Positions 1 to 8,270 of a DNA stretch of 39,499 nt are shown in pieces. Source of the stretch: a virus (taxonomy: Duplodnaviria > Caudoviricetes); IMG/VR virus record IMGVR_UViG_3300011439_000009, positions 1-39,499 of that record. One strand, given 5' to 3'. The notes under the pieces are model-generated. The model saw only the letters and a list, made by a program, of their open reading frames with translations. It was not told where the DNA came from and did no database searches. The position numbers and the translations under genes are program-made. Position 1 is the first letter of the stretch. Every line of letters starts with the position of its first letter.

Positions 1-123
1 AAGCCGTCAGCTCCGCGATCTCCAGCTGCGCCTTGAGGCCAGCGATCTCCGTCATCAGCTCGGCTTCGCGCTTCAGCAGCATGTCGCGCTGGTGCGCCAC
101 CTCTTGGTGCAATCGATGCGCCT
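1..123. repeat. Direct terminal repeat (identical to 39377-39499); circular assembly overlap
   Basis: Bases 1-123 match the last 123 bases exactly, and an ORF reads continuously across the join. Confidence 0.97.
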
Positions 124-190
124 GATCGATCACGGCCTCCCTTGCCGGTGGCAGCTCGACGTTTCCGTTGGTTGCGTTAGAGGCCGCCAT
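1..190 (-). CDS. 5' part of a coiled-coil hypothetical protein spanning the circular junction (continues to 39177)
   Basis: ATG at 190 preceded by GGAGA; reads MAASNATNGNVELPPAREAVIDQAHRLHQEVAHQRD..., in frame with ORF 39177..39488. Confidence 0.8.
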   Translation of the reverse strand, partial: MAASNATNGNVELPPAREAVIDQAHRLHQEVAHQRDMLLKREAELMTEIAGLKAQLEIAELTA

Positions 191-668
191 AGAATTTCTC
201 CACCTTGCTGTTGCTGACGCGAGTGTGATTTTTGTTGTGATGCTCAAGGCAGTACGAGCTGCCGTCGGCCTGCTGCCTGCCGCAGTAAAGGACCGACGGC
301 TTCTCCTGCACGATCTCGCGGCAGTGCCAGCCCTCCAGCTCCATGATGCCGACGTGCTTGCCGGACAGCCTCTTCATCCTGATCTCCTCCATCATGGGTT
401 TCTCCCGCTTCACGATGATCTTAATCCTCGGACTGATCTTCGGTTTTAGTGTCGTGAGAACGCGCTTCGGGCCACGCCGCGCCGGTCGCATGCGATGATC
501 GGACTGCAGGCCGAGACGCCGCGCCTTGCCTATGATCGCGTTGCGCGTGAACAGGTAGCCAAATTCCTTGGCAATGTTCTCTGCCAGCATGGTTCTGTAG
601 TTGTCGCGCAGGAACTGCACCCGCTCGTCGGTCCAATCGGGATTGAAATTGACGTTCTTCGCGGGCAT
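177..668 (-). CDS. gcrA: GcrA cell-cycle regulator homologue
   Basis: N-terminal WTDERVQFLR...TRNAIIGKARRLGL and C-terminal LEGWHCR...LYCG...SYCLEHH motifs are typical of GcrA. The start at 668 overlaps the upstream stop (TGATG). Confidence 0.9.
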   Translation of the reverse strand: MPAKNVNFNPDWTDERVQFLRDNYRTMLAENIAKEFGYLFTRNAIIGKARRLGLQSDHRMRPARRGPKRVLTTLKPKISPRIKIIVKREKPMMEEIRMKRLSGKHVGIMELEGWHCREIVQEKPSVLYCGRQQADGSSYCLEHHNKNHTRVSNSKVEKFYGGL

Positions 669-892
669 CAGATCATGCCCCACAGGCTGTCGTCGCCGAC
701 GTAGCCCTTCGCCGCCAGCTCGTCCTGTATCCGGCGATAGGTTCTGGCCGGGAGCCGGTCGTACAGGTTCTTCCAATTCAGCGCGACACGATACGGCACC
801 TCTGTGATCTCGCTGACCTTGTGCGTGTCGCCCAGCGCGTTAAACACGGCCTCGACGCTGTCGAGCCGCTTCAACCTCTTGTTAGGCATCAT
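668..892 (-). CDS. Small Cro-like/HTH DNA-binding protein
   Basis: ~74 aa with VFNALGDTHKVSEITEVPYRVALNWK, resembling a Cro-type HTH. First gene of a leftward operon next to a divergent AT-rich intergenic region. Confidence 0.55.
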   Translation of the reverse strand: MMPNKRLKRLDSVEAVFNALGDTHKVSEITEVPYRVALNWKNLYDRLPARTYRRIQDELAAKGYVGDDSLWGMI

Positions 893-925
893 GTGTGATG
901 TCCACATTTCCATTTGCTATGACAT

Positions 926-960
926 GCGGTTTCATATTATATGACGGCCACTTAGTCAAG
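926..960 (-). promoter_or_regulatory. Divergent promoter region with TCAT-N5-ATGA palindrome
   Basis: Minus strand reads TTGACTAAGTGGCCGTCATATAATATGAA. The palindrome at 932-944 resembles the CCAT-N5-ATGG boxes elsewhere. Confidence 0.5.
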
Positions 961-976
961 AAACGAGGGAAGGGCC

Positions 977-1060
977 ATGTTTCACACACTTTTCGAGCTG
1001 ATCTCGATCGGCGTTTTCCTTGCCGCCGTCGCGGTGTTCGCCATCGTGGTCGGAGGCTGA
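977..1060 (+). CDS. 27-aa single-TM hydrophobic peptide
   Basis: MFHTLFELISIGVFLAAVAVFAIVVGG; purine-rich RBS (GAGGGAAGGG); stop lies 1 nt before the next ATG. Too short for the ORF track. Confidence 0.6.
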   Translation: MFHTLFELISIGVFLAAVAVFAIVVGG

Positions 1061-1061
1061 G

Positions 1062-1961
1062 ATGACGGCCATGAAATACGCACCCGGCGACTACACCTAC
1101 TGGCATGCCTGCATCGCCGGTAAAAAGCCGACGCATTATCTCAACGAGCAGAACGCCGGTTGCTATCGTCGTCACCGCAAGGGCGTTGACGATGCCGTGC
1201 TGTTCTTCTGGCACGGCAGCGAGATTGCCTGCCTCGTAAACGGTCAGAAGCAGTCGCCGCTCGATGGCGTGGAAATCTGGAACAGCTGCGGCAACAACGC
1301 CGTGACGCACGAAGATTATATGCACCGCATCGAAAAAGGTCGCTGGCCCAATGACGCGGAGATGGTTGCGAAATCCAATCAGCCGCCCGACGATAACAGC
1401 ATGGAGGCTGTGCTGGCGCGGCTGGAGGATTTCGAGCGAGAGGCCAAGCGGCTCATCGAAGCCGGTGCCGCGCAAGACCAAGCCGCCGCCGACCGCGCCT
1501 CCGACGTCGCCAACTCAATCGGCGAGATCGAGAAAAAAGTGATCGGTCTGCACAAGGTCGAGAAGGAGCCGTCGCTGGTCGCCGGACGGATGATCGACCG
1601 GAAATGGTTTCCGGTGCGGGATCGCGCCGTCGCGCTGAAGCAGGACGTCAAGGCCAAGGTGGTGACGCCGTTCCTCGTCCAGCTGCGGCGTGAGGCGACA
1701 GCCGAAGCTGACCGTGCGCGTGAGCTGGGCGTCGAGGAGTTCTTGGAGCAGCCCAAGATCGGCGCTGGCTCGATCAAGCGCACCGTCGCGCTTCGCACCA
1801 AGGTGTCCGCGAAAATTGTGGATTACGATGCCCTGATCCGCGCGATCAAGGATAGTTCAGAGGTTCGCGAGCTGGCTCAAAAGCTGGCGGATGCATCGTG
1901 CCGGGCAACAGGTATTGCATTGCCCGGCACGGTCAAAATCGAAACCGAAATTGCAACATAG
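1062..1961 (+). CDS. Hypothetical protein in recombination operon (globular N-terminus, coiled-coil C-terminus)
   Basis: Long ORF with GGAGG RBS before the ATG at 1062; directly upstream of RecT. Confidence 0.75.
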   Translation: MTAMKYAPGDYTYWHACIAGKKPTHYLNEQNAGCYRRHRKGVDDAVLFFWHGSEIACLVNGQKQSPLDGVEIWNSCGNNAVTHEDYMHRIEKGRWPNDAEMVAKSNQPPDDNSMEAVLARLEDFEREAKRLIEAGAAQDQAAADRASDVANSIGEIEKKVIGLHKVEKEPSLVAGRMIDRKWFPVRDRAVALKQDVKAKVVTPFLVQLRREATAEADRARELGVEEFLEQPKIGAGSIKRTVALRTKVSAKIVDYDALIRAIKDSSEVRELAQKLADASCRATGIALPGTVKIETEIAT

Positions 1962-1970
1962 GAGACGACA

Positions 1971-2747
1971 GTGAACGAGGAAACATCTACCGCACTACCG
2001 GCGACCAAGCCGAAGCCGCCACTGATGGCGAGGCTTGGTGCCAGCGTGACGCCGATCATCCCGACGTCGTTCGACGATGTGTACCGCATCGCCAACGCCG
2101 TCGTGCAGGCTGGCATGGCACCGCGCGGCATCGACACGGCGGAGAAGGCCACCATCATCATCATGCACGGGCTGGAGGTTGGCCTCGCGCCAATGGCCGC
2201 GCTGCAGTCGATCTCGCTGATCAATGGCAAGCCGGGCCTCTACGGCGACGGCATGCTGGCGGTGGTTCGCGCCTCCGGCCTGCTGGAAAAATTCAGCGAG
2301 AGGCTGACCGACGGGGTGGCGTTCCCGCTGGCCGCGATCTGCACCGTGAAGCGGCGTGGCGAACCAGCCCTGACCCGCACGTTCTCCAAGGCCGACGCCG
2401 AGAAGGCTGGCCTCTGGGGCAGGCTGAACCGCGACGGTAGCCCGACACCGTGGGTCAGCTACCCCAACCGCATGCTGCAGATGCGAGCGAGGGCGTTCGC
2501 GCTGCGCGACGGCTTCGCAGACGTCACCAAGGGGCTGGGCATGCGTGAGGAGCTGGAGGACATCCCAGACGACGCCGATCTGGTGCCGCCGCCCCCACCG
2601 CCCCCGGCAGAACTGCAGCAGACGCCGCTGGAACGCGCCATCGCCAAGGCGAGAGAAGCCAACCGGGAGATCAAGACCGACGAGGAGGGTCTGGTGGTCT
2701 GGGACGAAACAACCGAGCGACCGCACACTGAGGCCGACCGTGCCTGA
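1971..2747 (+). CDS. recT: RecT/Redbeta-family single-strand annealing protein
   Basis: Motifs GLEVGLAPMAALQSISLINGKPGLYGD and PW..YP.RMLQMRARAFALRDGFAD; GGAG RBS. Confidence 0.8.
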   Translation: MNEETSTALPATKPKPPLMARLGASVTPIIPTSFDDVYRIANAVVQAGMAPRGIDTAEKATIIIMHGLEVGLAPMAALQSISLINGKPGLYGDGMLAVVRASGLLEKFSERLTDGVAFPLAAICTVKRRGEPALTRTFSKADAEKAGLWGRLNRDGSPTPWVSYPNRMLQMRARAFALRDGFADVTKGLGMREELEDIPDDADLVPPPPPPPAELQQTPLERAIAKAREANREIKTDEEGLVVWDETTERPHTEADRA

Positions 2748-3174
2748 CCTTAATGGCATCTGCATGAAGCGGGTCGGCGGGGCGTTGATCCCCGCCGATT
2801 TCAATGCTGACGACACCGTCCACAACATCCCAGAGGGTGGCGAGGTGATGGTGACGCTGCGCCGCGCCCGCAATCCTAAATTCCACCGCTGGTTCTTCGC
2901 GTTGCTCCGCAAGGTGATCGACAACACCGACGGTCGCTGGGCGAACGAGGAGCAGCTGCTCTACGCGCTGAAGATGGCGACCGGCCACGCCGAGCCGTCG
3001 CCCGCGCTGACCGGCGAGGTGCTGCTGTATCCCAAGTCGATCAATTTCGCGGCGATGGACGAGGTGGCGTTCAAGACCTTTGTCGCCAAATGCCTCGACG
3101 AAATTCACCTCAACCTTGGCATCGATCCCGATCTGCTCATGGACGAGATCAATCAGGAGCAGGGTGCCATCTGA
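2740..3174 (+). CDS. DUF1367-family protein
   Basis: RNPKFHRWFFALL and PKSINFAAMDE..F motifs; GTG start overlapping the end of recT. Confidence 0.7.
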   Translation: MPDLNGICMKRVGGALIPADFNADDTVHNIPEGGEVMVTLRRARNPKFHRWFFALLRKVIDNTDGRWANEEQLLYALKMATGHAEPSPALTGEVLLYPKSINFAAMDEVAFKTFVAKCLDEIHLNLGIDPDLLMDEINQEQGAI

Positions 3175-3500
3175 TGCCGCGCCGAAATTTCTCTCCGGCA
3201 ACCAAACGAGCCGCCCACAAACGGTCAGCCGGAAACTGTGAAAGCTGTGGCCTCCCTCACCACAACCTCGTCGAGTATGACCACGACCGGGAGGACACCT
3301 TCGGCGGTGAGCCGACAATCGAGAATTGCGTAGTGATGTGTGTTGGGTGTCATAAATCCAAGACCAAAAAAAATGTCTCCATAATTGCTAAAAGCAATCG
3401 GGTGAGGGACAAAAATCATGGCATCAGATCACCCCGCACCATCACCCGCTGGCGGCGCTTTTCTGGTGAAATTGTCATTAAGCCAAGGGAGAGAACATGA
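3174..3500 (+). CDS. HNH endonuclease
   Basis: CESC...EYDH...GGEPTIENCVVMCVGCHKSKT pattern; TGATG coupling to the upstream gene. Confidence 0.85.
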   Translation: MPRRNFSPATKRAAHKRSAGNCESCGLPHHNLVEYDHDREDTFGGEPTIENCVVMCVGCHKSKTKKNVSIIAKSNRVRDKNHGIRSPRTITRWRRFSGEIVIKPRERT

Positions 3501-3970
3501 TCACATCAGAAAGACTGAGAGAGCTATTGGATTTTGACCCGCCTTCAGGAAACTTAATTTGGCGGCAGCATAAGGGAAAATCTATTGCCGGAAATGTTGC
3601 CGGTGGGTTGAGGCCTGATGGATATGTCCGAATTAAACTTGATCAACGCGATTACATGGCACACAGGCTGATCTGGCTTCACGCAACAGGAAGGTGGCCA
3701 ACTGAAATCGACCACATAAATGGTGATCGATCAGACAACCGGATCGAAAATCTACGGGAATGCACAAGGTCGCAAAATTTTGCGAACAGGGAACCATACA
3801 AACACAGGACGATGCCAAAGGGCGTCAGGGCGAAGGGATCGAAATTTACAGCGAGAATTAGAAAGGCCGGAATAGACAGGCACATTGGCACGTTTAACAC
3901 CATAAGCGAGGCCAGAGAAGCGTACCTCAATTCGGCAAAATCATTGTTTGGGGAATTTGCCAGAGGGTGA
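3497..3970 (+). CDS. HNH homing endonuclease with C-terminal AP2-like domain
   Basis: YMAHRLIW...IDHINGDRSDNRIENLR, then KGV...HIGTF...EAREAY; visibly AT-richer than the flanks. Confidence 0.9.
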   Translation: MITSERLRELLDFDPPSGNLIWRQHKGKSIAGNVAGGLRPDGYVRIKLDQRDYMAHRLIWLHATGRWPTEIDHINGDRSDNRIENLRECTRSQNFANREPYKHRTMPKGVRAKGSKFTARIRKAGIDRHIGTFNTISEAREAYLNSAKSLFGEFARG

Positions 3971-3974
3971 TTGC

Positions 3975-4607
3975 TCAAGCCACCGGAACGCTGGACTGCA
4001 GCGCGTAGAGGAATGCGTGGTGATAGCCCTCGATCAGCTTGCCGATTGACTTGCCGCCGGACCAATTCGGGATCGTGTTCTTGTCGCCGTTGATGATGCC
4101 CCGTGCGTTCAGCGGATCATCGACTGTCACGTTGAAATATCTCGGCAGCGTTTCAGGCTTGCCGTCCTTCGATCTGAACCAGCCCTCGATCATCCCCCTG
4201 AACATCACGTCGCCCGCGATCTTGAGATCGAGCGCCTTGGCGGCGTGGTAGACCAGATCATTCGAGCCGGTCAGGTGCAGCTCCTTGGTGGCGCGTTCGT
4301 AGTTGCTGCGGTGCGTCAGCTGTACGAAGCCGCGCCCGTAGTAGGCTTGCCCGGTTTCTGGATCGACCTTGCCGTAGGACTGCTTCGCGCCTTGGTACTC
4401 CTCGATGGGCCAGCACGTTGAAGCCGTCTCATGGTAAACTGTTCCAAGGGCGTATGAGAGCCAGCGAAAATCCACCGTCGTCGGATCGATCTCCCACCTG
4501 TCGAGGATCGCGTTCTGCCCGTCCACTTGCTGCTGCGTCAGGGTGCCGTTGAACGGATCGTTCCTGACGTTGTCGAAATAAACCCTTCGGTCGATCAGCG
4601 GGATCAT
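3975..4607 (-). CDS. Endolysin, GH19/chitinase-like lysozyme fold
   Basis: YALGTVYHET...PIEE...YYGRGFVQLTHRSNY...ARGIING motifs; last gene of the late operon. Confidence 0.85.
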   Translation of the reverse strand: MIPLIDRRVYFDNVRNDPFNGTLTQQQVDGQNAILDRWEIDPTTVDFRWLSYALGTVYHETASTCWPIEEYQGAKQSYGKVDPETGQAYYGRGFVQLTHRSNYERATKELHLTGSNDLVYHAAKALDLKIAGDVMFRGMIEGWFRSKDGKPETLPRYFNVTVDDPLNARGIINGDKNTIPNWSGGKSIGKLIEGYHHAFLYALQSSVPVA

Positions 4608-4843
4608 CTTGGCTTCTCAGTCGGCGGCGGGATGATGCAGTTGCTGAGTAGCTTCTGCACCTCCTTCTGTATCTCGACGAACAGCCTGACGTTCTCCTGC
4701 CGCTGCGTGTTGAACAGGTGCGACTGATAGTACAGCAGGCCAGACAGCATCAGGCTTATCGTCACCAAGGCGAGGACGATGGGCTGCTTGCTCAGGCCCT
4801 CTACGACGCCCTTCGCTGCCTCGCCTGTTGCTTGGATCATCAT
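4604..4843 (-). CDS. Putative holin / lysis membrane protein
   Basis: 79 aa with one TM segment (IVLALVTISLMLSGLLYY); immediately upstream of the endolysin with ATGA overlaps. Confidence 0.55.
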   Translation of the reverse strand: MMIQATGEAAKGVVEGLSKQPIVLALVTISLMLSGLLYYQSHLFNTQRQENVRLFVEIQKEVQKLLSNCIIPPPTEKPR

Positions 4844-5421
4844 GGCACCGCCGCGTAGGCCGTATCGATCTGTTCCTTGGTCGTCACCGTGCCAGACTGA
4901 ATGCCGTCCTGCAGATTGAGCTGAGTTGTCACGCAATTCAGCACCCGGTCCTCCATCTTCTGCTCGATGGCGAGTAGCGTCGGCTGCGACAGCATCAGCA
5001 CCGTGCTGCCGAAATCGCACGGCCTCGCTGATGGCGCGGCTGGCCGTTCGTGGATCACCCGCAGATCGAAGAACGAGCGGCGCGTCGAGATGTCGGACGG
5101 GATGGTGTAGGTCTGCGGCCCGATCACTTGCTCGACACCGGCATTCTCGCGCTGCTCCCGCTTCTGCCGCGAATACTGCTCCAGCCTCGGCTTCATCTCA
5201 TCTGCCGTGTACGGCGTCGTGAGCCATTGCCACGGCGCAGCCGGATCGGGATAGACGTAGGCATAGAAATCATCAGGACGCGGCTGGTCGTCCTGCCATG
5301 TGATCCCTGCGGCGGCCTGCTCTGCCGGTGTTGCGGATTTGATCCAGCCGGGCGGATACGCCACGCCACCGCTCTCGAATGCGTTGTCAGGTGAAACCGG
5401 GACGCCGTTGAGCAGATACAT
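4840..5421 (-). CDS. Tail fibre assembly/chaperone-like protein (DUF4376-like)
   Basis: Follows the fibre gene; YPPGW...EQAAAGI N-terminus and ITT.EQID-like C-terminus are typical of such proteins. Confidence 0.6.
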   Translation of the reverse strand: MYLLNGVPVSPDNAFESGGVAYPPGWIKSATPAEQAAAGITWQDDQPRPDDFYAYVYPDPAAPWQWLTTPYTADEMKPRLEQYSRQKREQRENAGVEQVIGPQTYTIPSDISTRRSFFDLRVIHERPAAPSARPCDFGSTVLMLSQPTLLAIEQKMEDRVLNCVTTQLNLQDGIQSGTVTTKEQIDTAYAAVP

Positions 5422-5423
5422 GG

Positions 5424-8270
5424 CTACCTCGCTCGCGCGTATTTGAAGGGGTGTTCTGCGAAGGCGGCGTAAATGAAGGTATTGCCGCTCGAATTACCGT
5501 GCGGGTTCGTAGTCCTTAACTTGAACCCATTGCTTAAAATGTCGATCTCCAACCCCGCCGCCGTGTATTCAGGGTCTGCAAGATCGGGAAACAAAATCGA
5601 AACCGTGCCGTTCGTAGGCTGCCGTGCCGTATCCCGCACCCACCAACTAGCTCCTGCTACCGATGTTAGTTTCGTCAGCAACCATCGCGGCCTGAAGCCG
5701 GTCCACACAAACGGGCCGTCTACGAGGCCGTTACCGATGTAGCTGCCGAATGCAGAGAAACCGGGGATGCTCGCAAACAGGTATCCGACAAAAACCTCCC
5801 CGGTAATCTGAATGCCGTTCGCCACAAAAAACTGTGTCGAGGTTGGTTCGCCGCCCCAAATCCCGGCAGAGGTTGCTTTCGCGGCAGTTGTGTTGAGAAC
5901 CAAATAATTATCTTGCATAGACGCGCCTAGCGACTTGTGCGTCAAGAACCAAGTGCGCGGCGCAACGGCGGCCCTTGATCGCGTCAATATCATTTCCGGT
6001 TTGACACCGAGCGAGTGCGGGATTGCAGCCGCCGATGCCGTCAAGTTGACAATATCGACGCCCGGTATCGCCCCCTTGTCCCAAACCCAATCGACGTAGC
6101 TGACCGCGTTGGTATTGATCTGTGCAATTCCGCCACAAGTAAAGCCGTTCGCTGGCGAGAACGTAATGCCACTACCAGCATCGTTCACTTCTGCGTCGGT
6201 AGTGTTTGTCTCAAGCCTCAACCCGCTCCCGCGAGCCGTGTCGCTAACCGCATGATCGGTCGCGACACCTCTGCTCTTGATCCACACTAAATCTGGTGAG
6301 AACCGCAAACCAGACACGATGTTCGCTCCACCGTTTCCGGTTCGCAGATTGACCGTCATCGCATCATCGCCGCGCTTAATCGCTGGCGTCGGGAGGTTCT
6401 GCGTACAGAGCGCCTTGAAGCCAGCGGGGGCGGCGAACGCGAACGGGCGCTGACCGAAATTGAAATCGCCGTTTGCCGCCCCGCCAGAACCGCGCCCGAT
6501 AGAGGCCAAATAGGTATCCGGAACCAAACCGCTAAACGCAGTTCCTTGGCTGGCACCATCTCTGTAAAACGCCAACGTGCCTGCGGTGGCGTCGAACGCA
6601 ACACCAATTACAACACCCGCGCCGTAAGGCGTACCGTAAGCAGCACCCGCGCTATTGGTGTATTTTTGACCATCAACAGCGTAGTATGCCCATCCGCTCG
6701 CACCAAAAGCAGCGGTCGCCCCCGACGAGACAATACCAATCATCTGGTTCACAGTACCGCTGGGCGTAAATTCCCAATACCACTGACCGGCAGACATTCC
6801 AAAAGTCGAAACTTGAGGGAGAGCGCCACTGGCTGCTGTTGCGGCAGTCAGGTTTCCGTTGGTCGGTGTGCCACCATCACCCGTTATCGGAGACAAGGTT
6901 GCGTAATTCCCCCGCACCTCGCCGCCGCCATTCGCGCCGGGTGCGCCGTAGTTGGTCGGCGTATCGACAAGGCTGTCGTTGCCAACGCCAGCGGTGACGC
7001 TGAAAGCGTTTGGCGTCCAATTCTTGTCAGACACCGCCGCGCCGTTGGTGTATTGCAGCTCTGCCGGGATGATGCCGCCGTTCACACTACTAGCGCGGAA
7101 AAATATAATACTCGCGCCGTTGGTGGTCGTTGGATCACCGACAATAATGCGAACAATGGCACTACCAGCCGTGCCGTGAGTTACTGTGACCGAACATTTC
7201 CACCACCCGCCACCGACATTCTCAATGGTCGGGACTACACCGCTCCCGGTCCCAACTATGCCAGATGTCGGTATCGTGCCGGTTGCCAATTCAAATGCAG
7301 CATACCCGCCGTTGACGGCATCGTTGTATAAAGTAAACCGCGAAATCGCTACTGCGGCAGCGTAGACAGTGTAAGTTGTTTGCTGCCCAGCGGCTACGGT
7401 GCGCGAGGCTTGAATATATGGATTTGCGGTAGAGGAACCAACCGCCAAGATGACCGCGCGAGTGCCGCCGAGCGGATCGTTAGCCCCAGCAGTCAAAACG
7501 ACATTGTTGAATTTGCTCCAATACGCATTCAAGAAATCATCCGAATACGTCAACAGGTTCGACATGCCGCTGCGGTCTTTACCGAGCGCCGCCGCCGTCG
7601 CTGCGCCGTTGTCGGCAAAATCCAGCTTGAAACCGTTGGCACCGTAATGGCCAGTGTAGGCTTTCGGCATCCAGACGCCGGTCGCCGGATCAATTTGTCC
7701 GAATGCAGACGCCGGTTGTACCAAGCCGTCGATAAAATGAAGTTCAGCAAGATAGAAATCACTATACGTTGAACCACCTGACGATCGACCAATTCGGTGT
7801 TCGATGCTGCTGTTGATTATCGGATCAATTCCGGTTGCAAGCTGGTTGTTTATTGTAACATCCTGCCGGTTCCCATTGATCCAAAGCTGCATCCTATCCG
7901 CTGAGGTTGCGTTGTCCGTGTCGTAAGTGCCGACAAGATGAAGCCACCCAGCCGGGTCGCGAAACGATCCTGCTGTCGAGATATATCCACGCAATACCGA
8001 CGCCGCCCGGTCATAGAAATCAATCTTGCTCGCCGTCCCAGAAAAATAAATACCACTTTCATCAGTAGTCGTCGTTCCAGCAAAAAACACCGGAGTAACC
8101 CCGGTTGGGATAGCCGCGCGCTTAATCCAAGTCGAAACAGTGTATTTGCGGCGGTTGGTCGCCACACCCAATGTCCGATTGAGATATGTGCTGTCCGCCG
8201 AGTTGAACCGCAGCGACCGCGCGATCCTGTAGCCGCTGTCTGGAATGCTGACCGGAAGATTGAACGGCAT
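5424..8270 (-). CDS. Receptor-binding fibre/spike protein with LamG-like and SPRY domains
   Basis: SLRFNSADSTYLNRT...TVSTWIKR...WLHLV (LamG-like); GQWYWEF...VIGVAFDATAGTLAFYRDG...NFGQ (SPRY); FSPDLVWIKSR and GFRPRWLLTK repeats. Confidence 0.8.
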   Translation of the reverse strand: MPFNLPVSIPDSGYRIARSLRFNSADSTYLNRTLGVATNRRKYTVSTWIKRAAIPTGVTPVFFAGTTTTDESGIYFSGTASKIDFYDRAASVLRGYISTAGSFRDPAGWLHLVGTYDTDNATSADRMQLWINGNRQDVTINNQLATGIDPIINSSIEHRIGRSSGGSTYSDFYLAELHFIDGLVQPASAFGQIDPATGVWMPKAYTGHYGANGFKLDFADNGAATAAALGKDRSGMSNLLTYSDDFLNAYWSKFNNVVLTAGANDPLGGTRAVILAVGSSTANPYIQASRTVAAGQQTTYTVYAAAVAISRFTLYNDAVNGGYAAFELATGTIPTSGIVGTGSGVVPTIENVGGGWWKCSVTVTHGTAGSAIVRIIVGDPTTTNGASIIFFRASSVNGGIIPAELQYTNGAAVSDKNWTPNAFSVTAGVGNDSLVDTPTNYGAPGANGGGEVRGNYATLSPITGDGGTPTNGNLTAATAASGALPQVSTFGMSAGQWYWEFTPSGTVNQMIGIVSSGATAAFGASGWAYYAVDGQKYTNSAGAAYGTPYGAGVVIGVAFDATAGTLAFYRDGASQGTAFSGLVPDTYLASIGRGSGGAANGDFNFGQRPFAFAAPAGFKALCTQNLPTPAIKRGDDAMTVNLRTGNGGANIVSGLRFSPDLVWIKSRGVATDHAVSDTARGSGLRLETNTTDAEVNDAGSGITFSPANGFTCGGIAQINTNAVSYVDWVWDKGAIPGVDIVNLTASAAAIPHSLGVKPEMILTRSRAAVAPRTWFLTHKSLGASMQDNYLVLNTTAAKATSAGIWGGEPTSTQFFVANGIQITGEVFVGYLFASIPGFSAFGSYIGNGLVDGPFVWTGFRPRWLLTKLTSVAGASWWVRDTARQPTNGTVSILFPDLADPEYTAAGLEIDILSNGFKLRTTNPHGNSSGNTFIYAAFAEHPFKYARAR

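Noticed and set aside
668-1060. Lambda-like cI/cro lysogeny switch
   Set aside because: A divergent layout and a Cro-like gene are present, but the opposite side encodes a membrane peptide rather than a CI-like repressor, and no integrase or partition genes were found.
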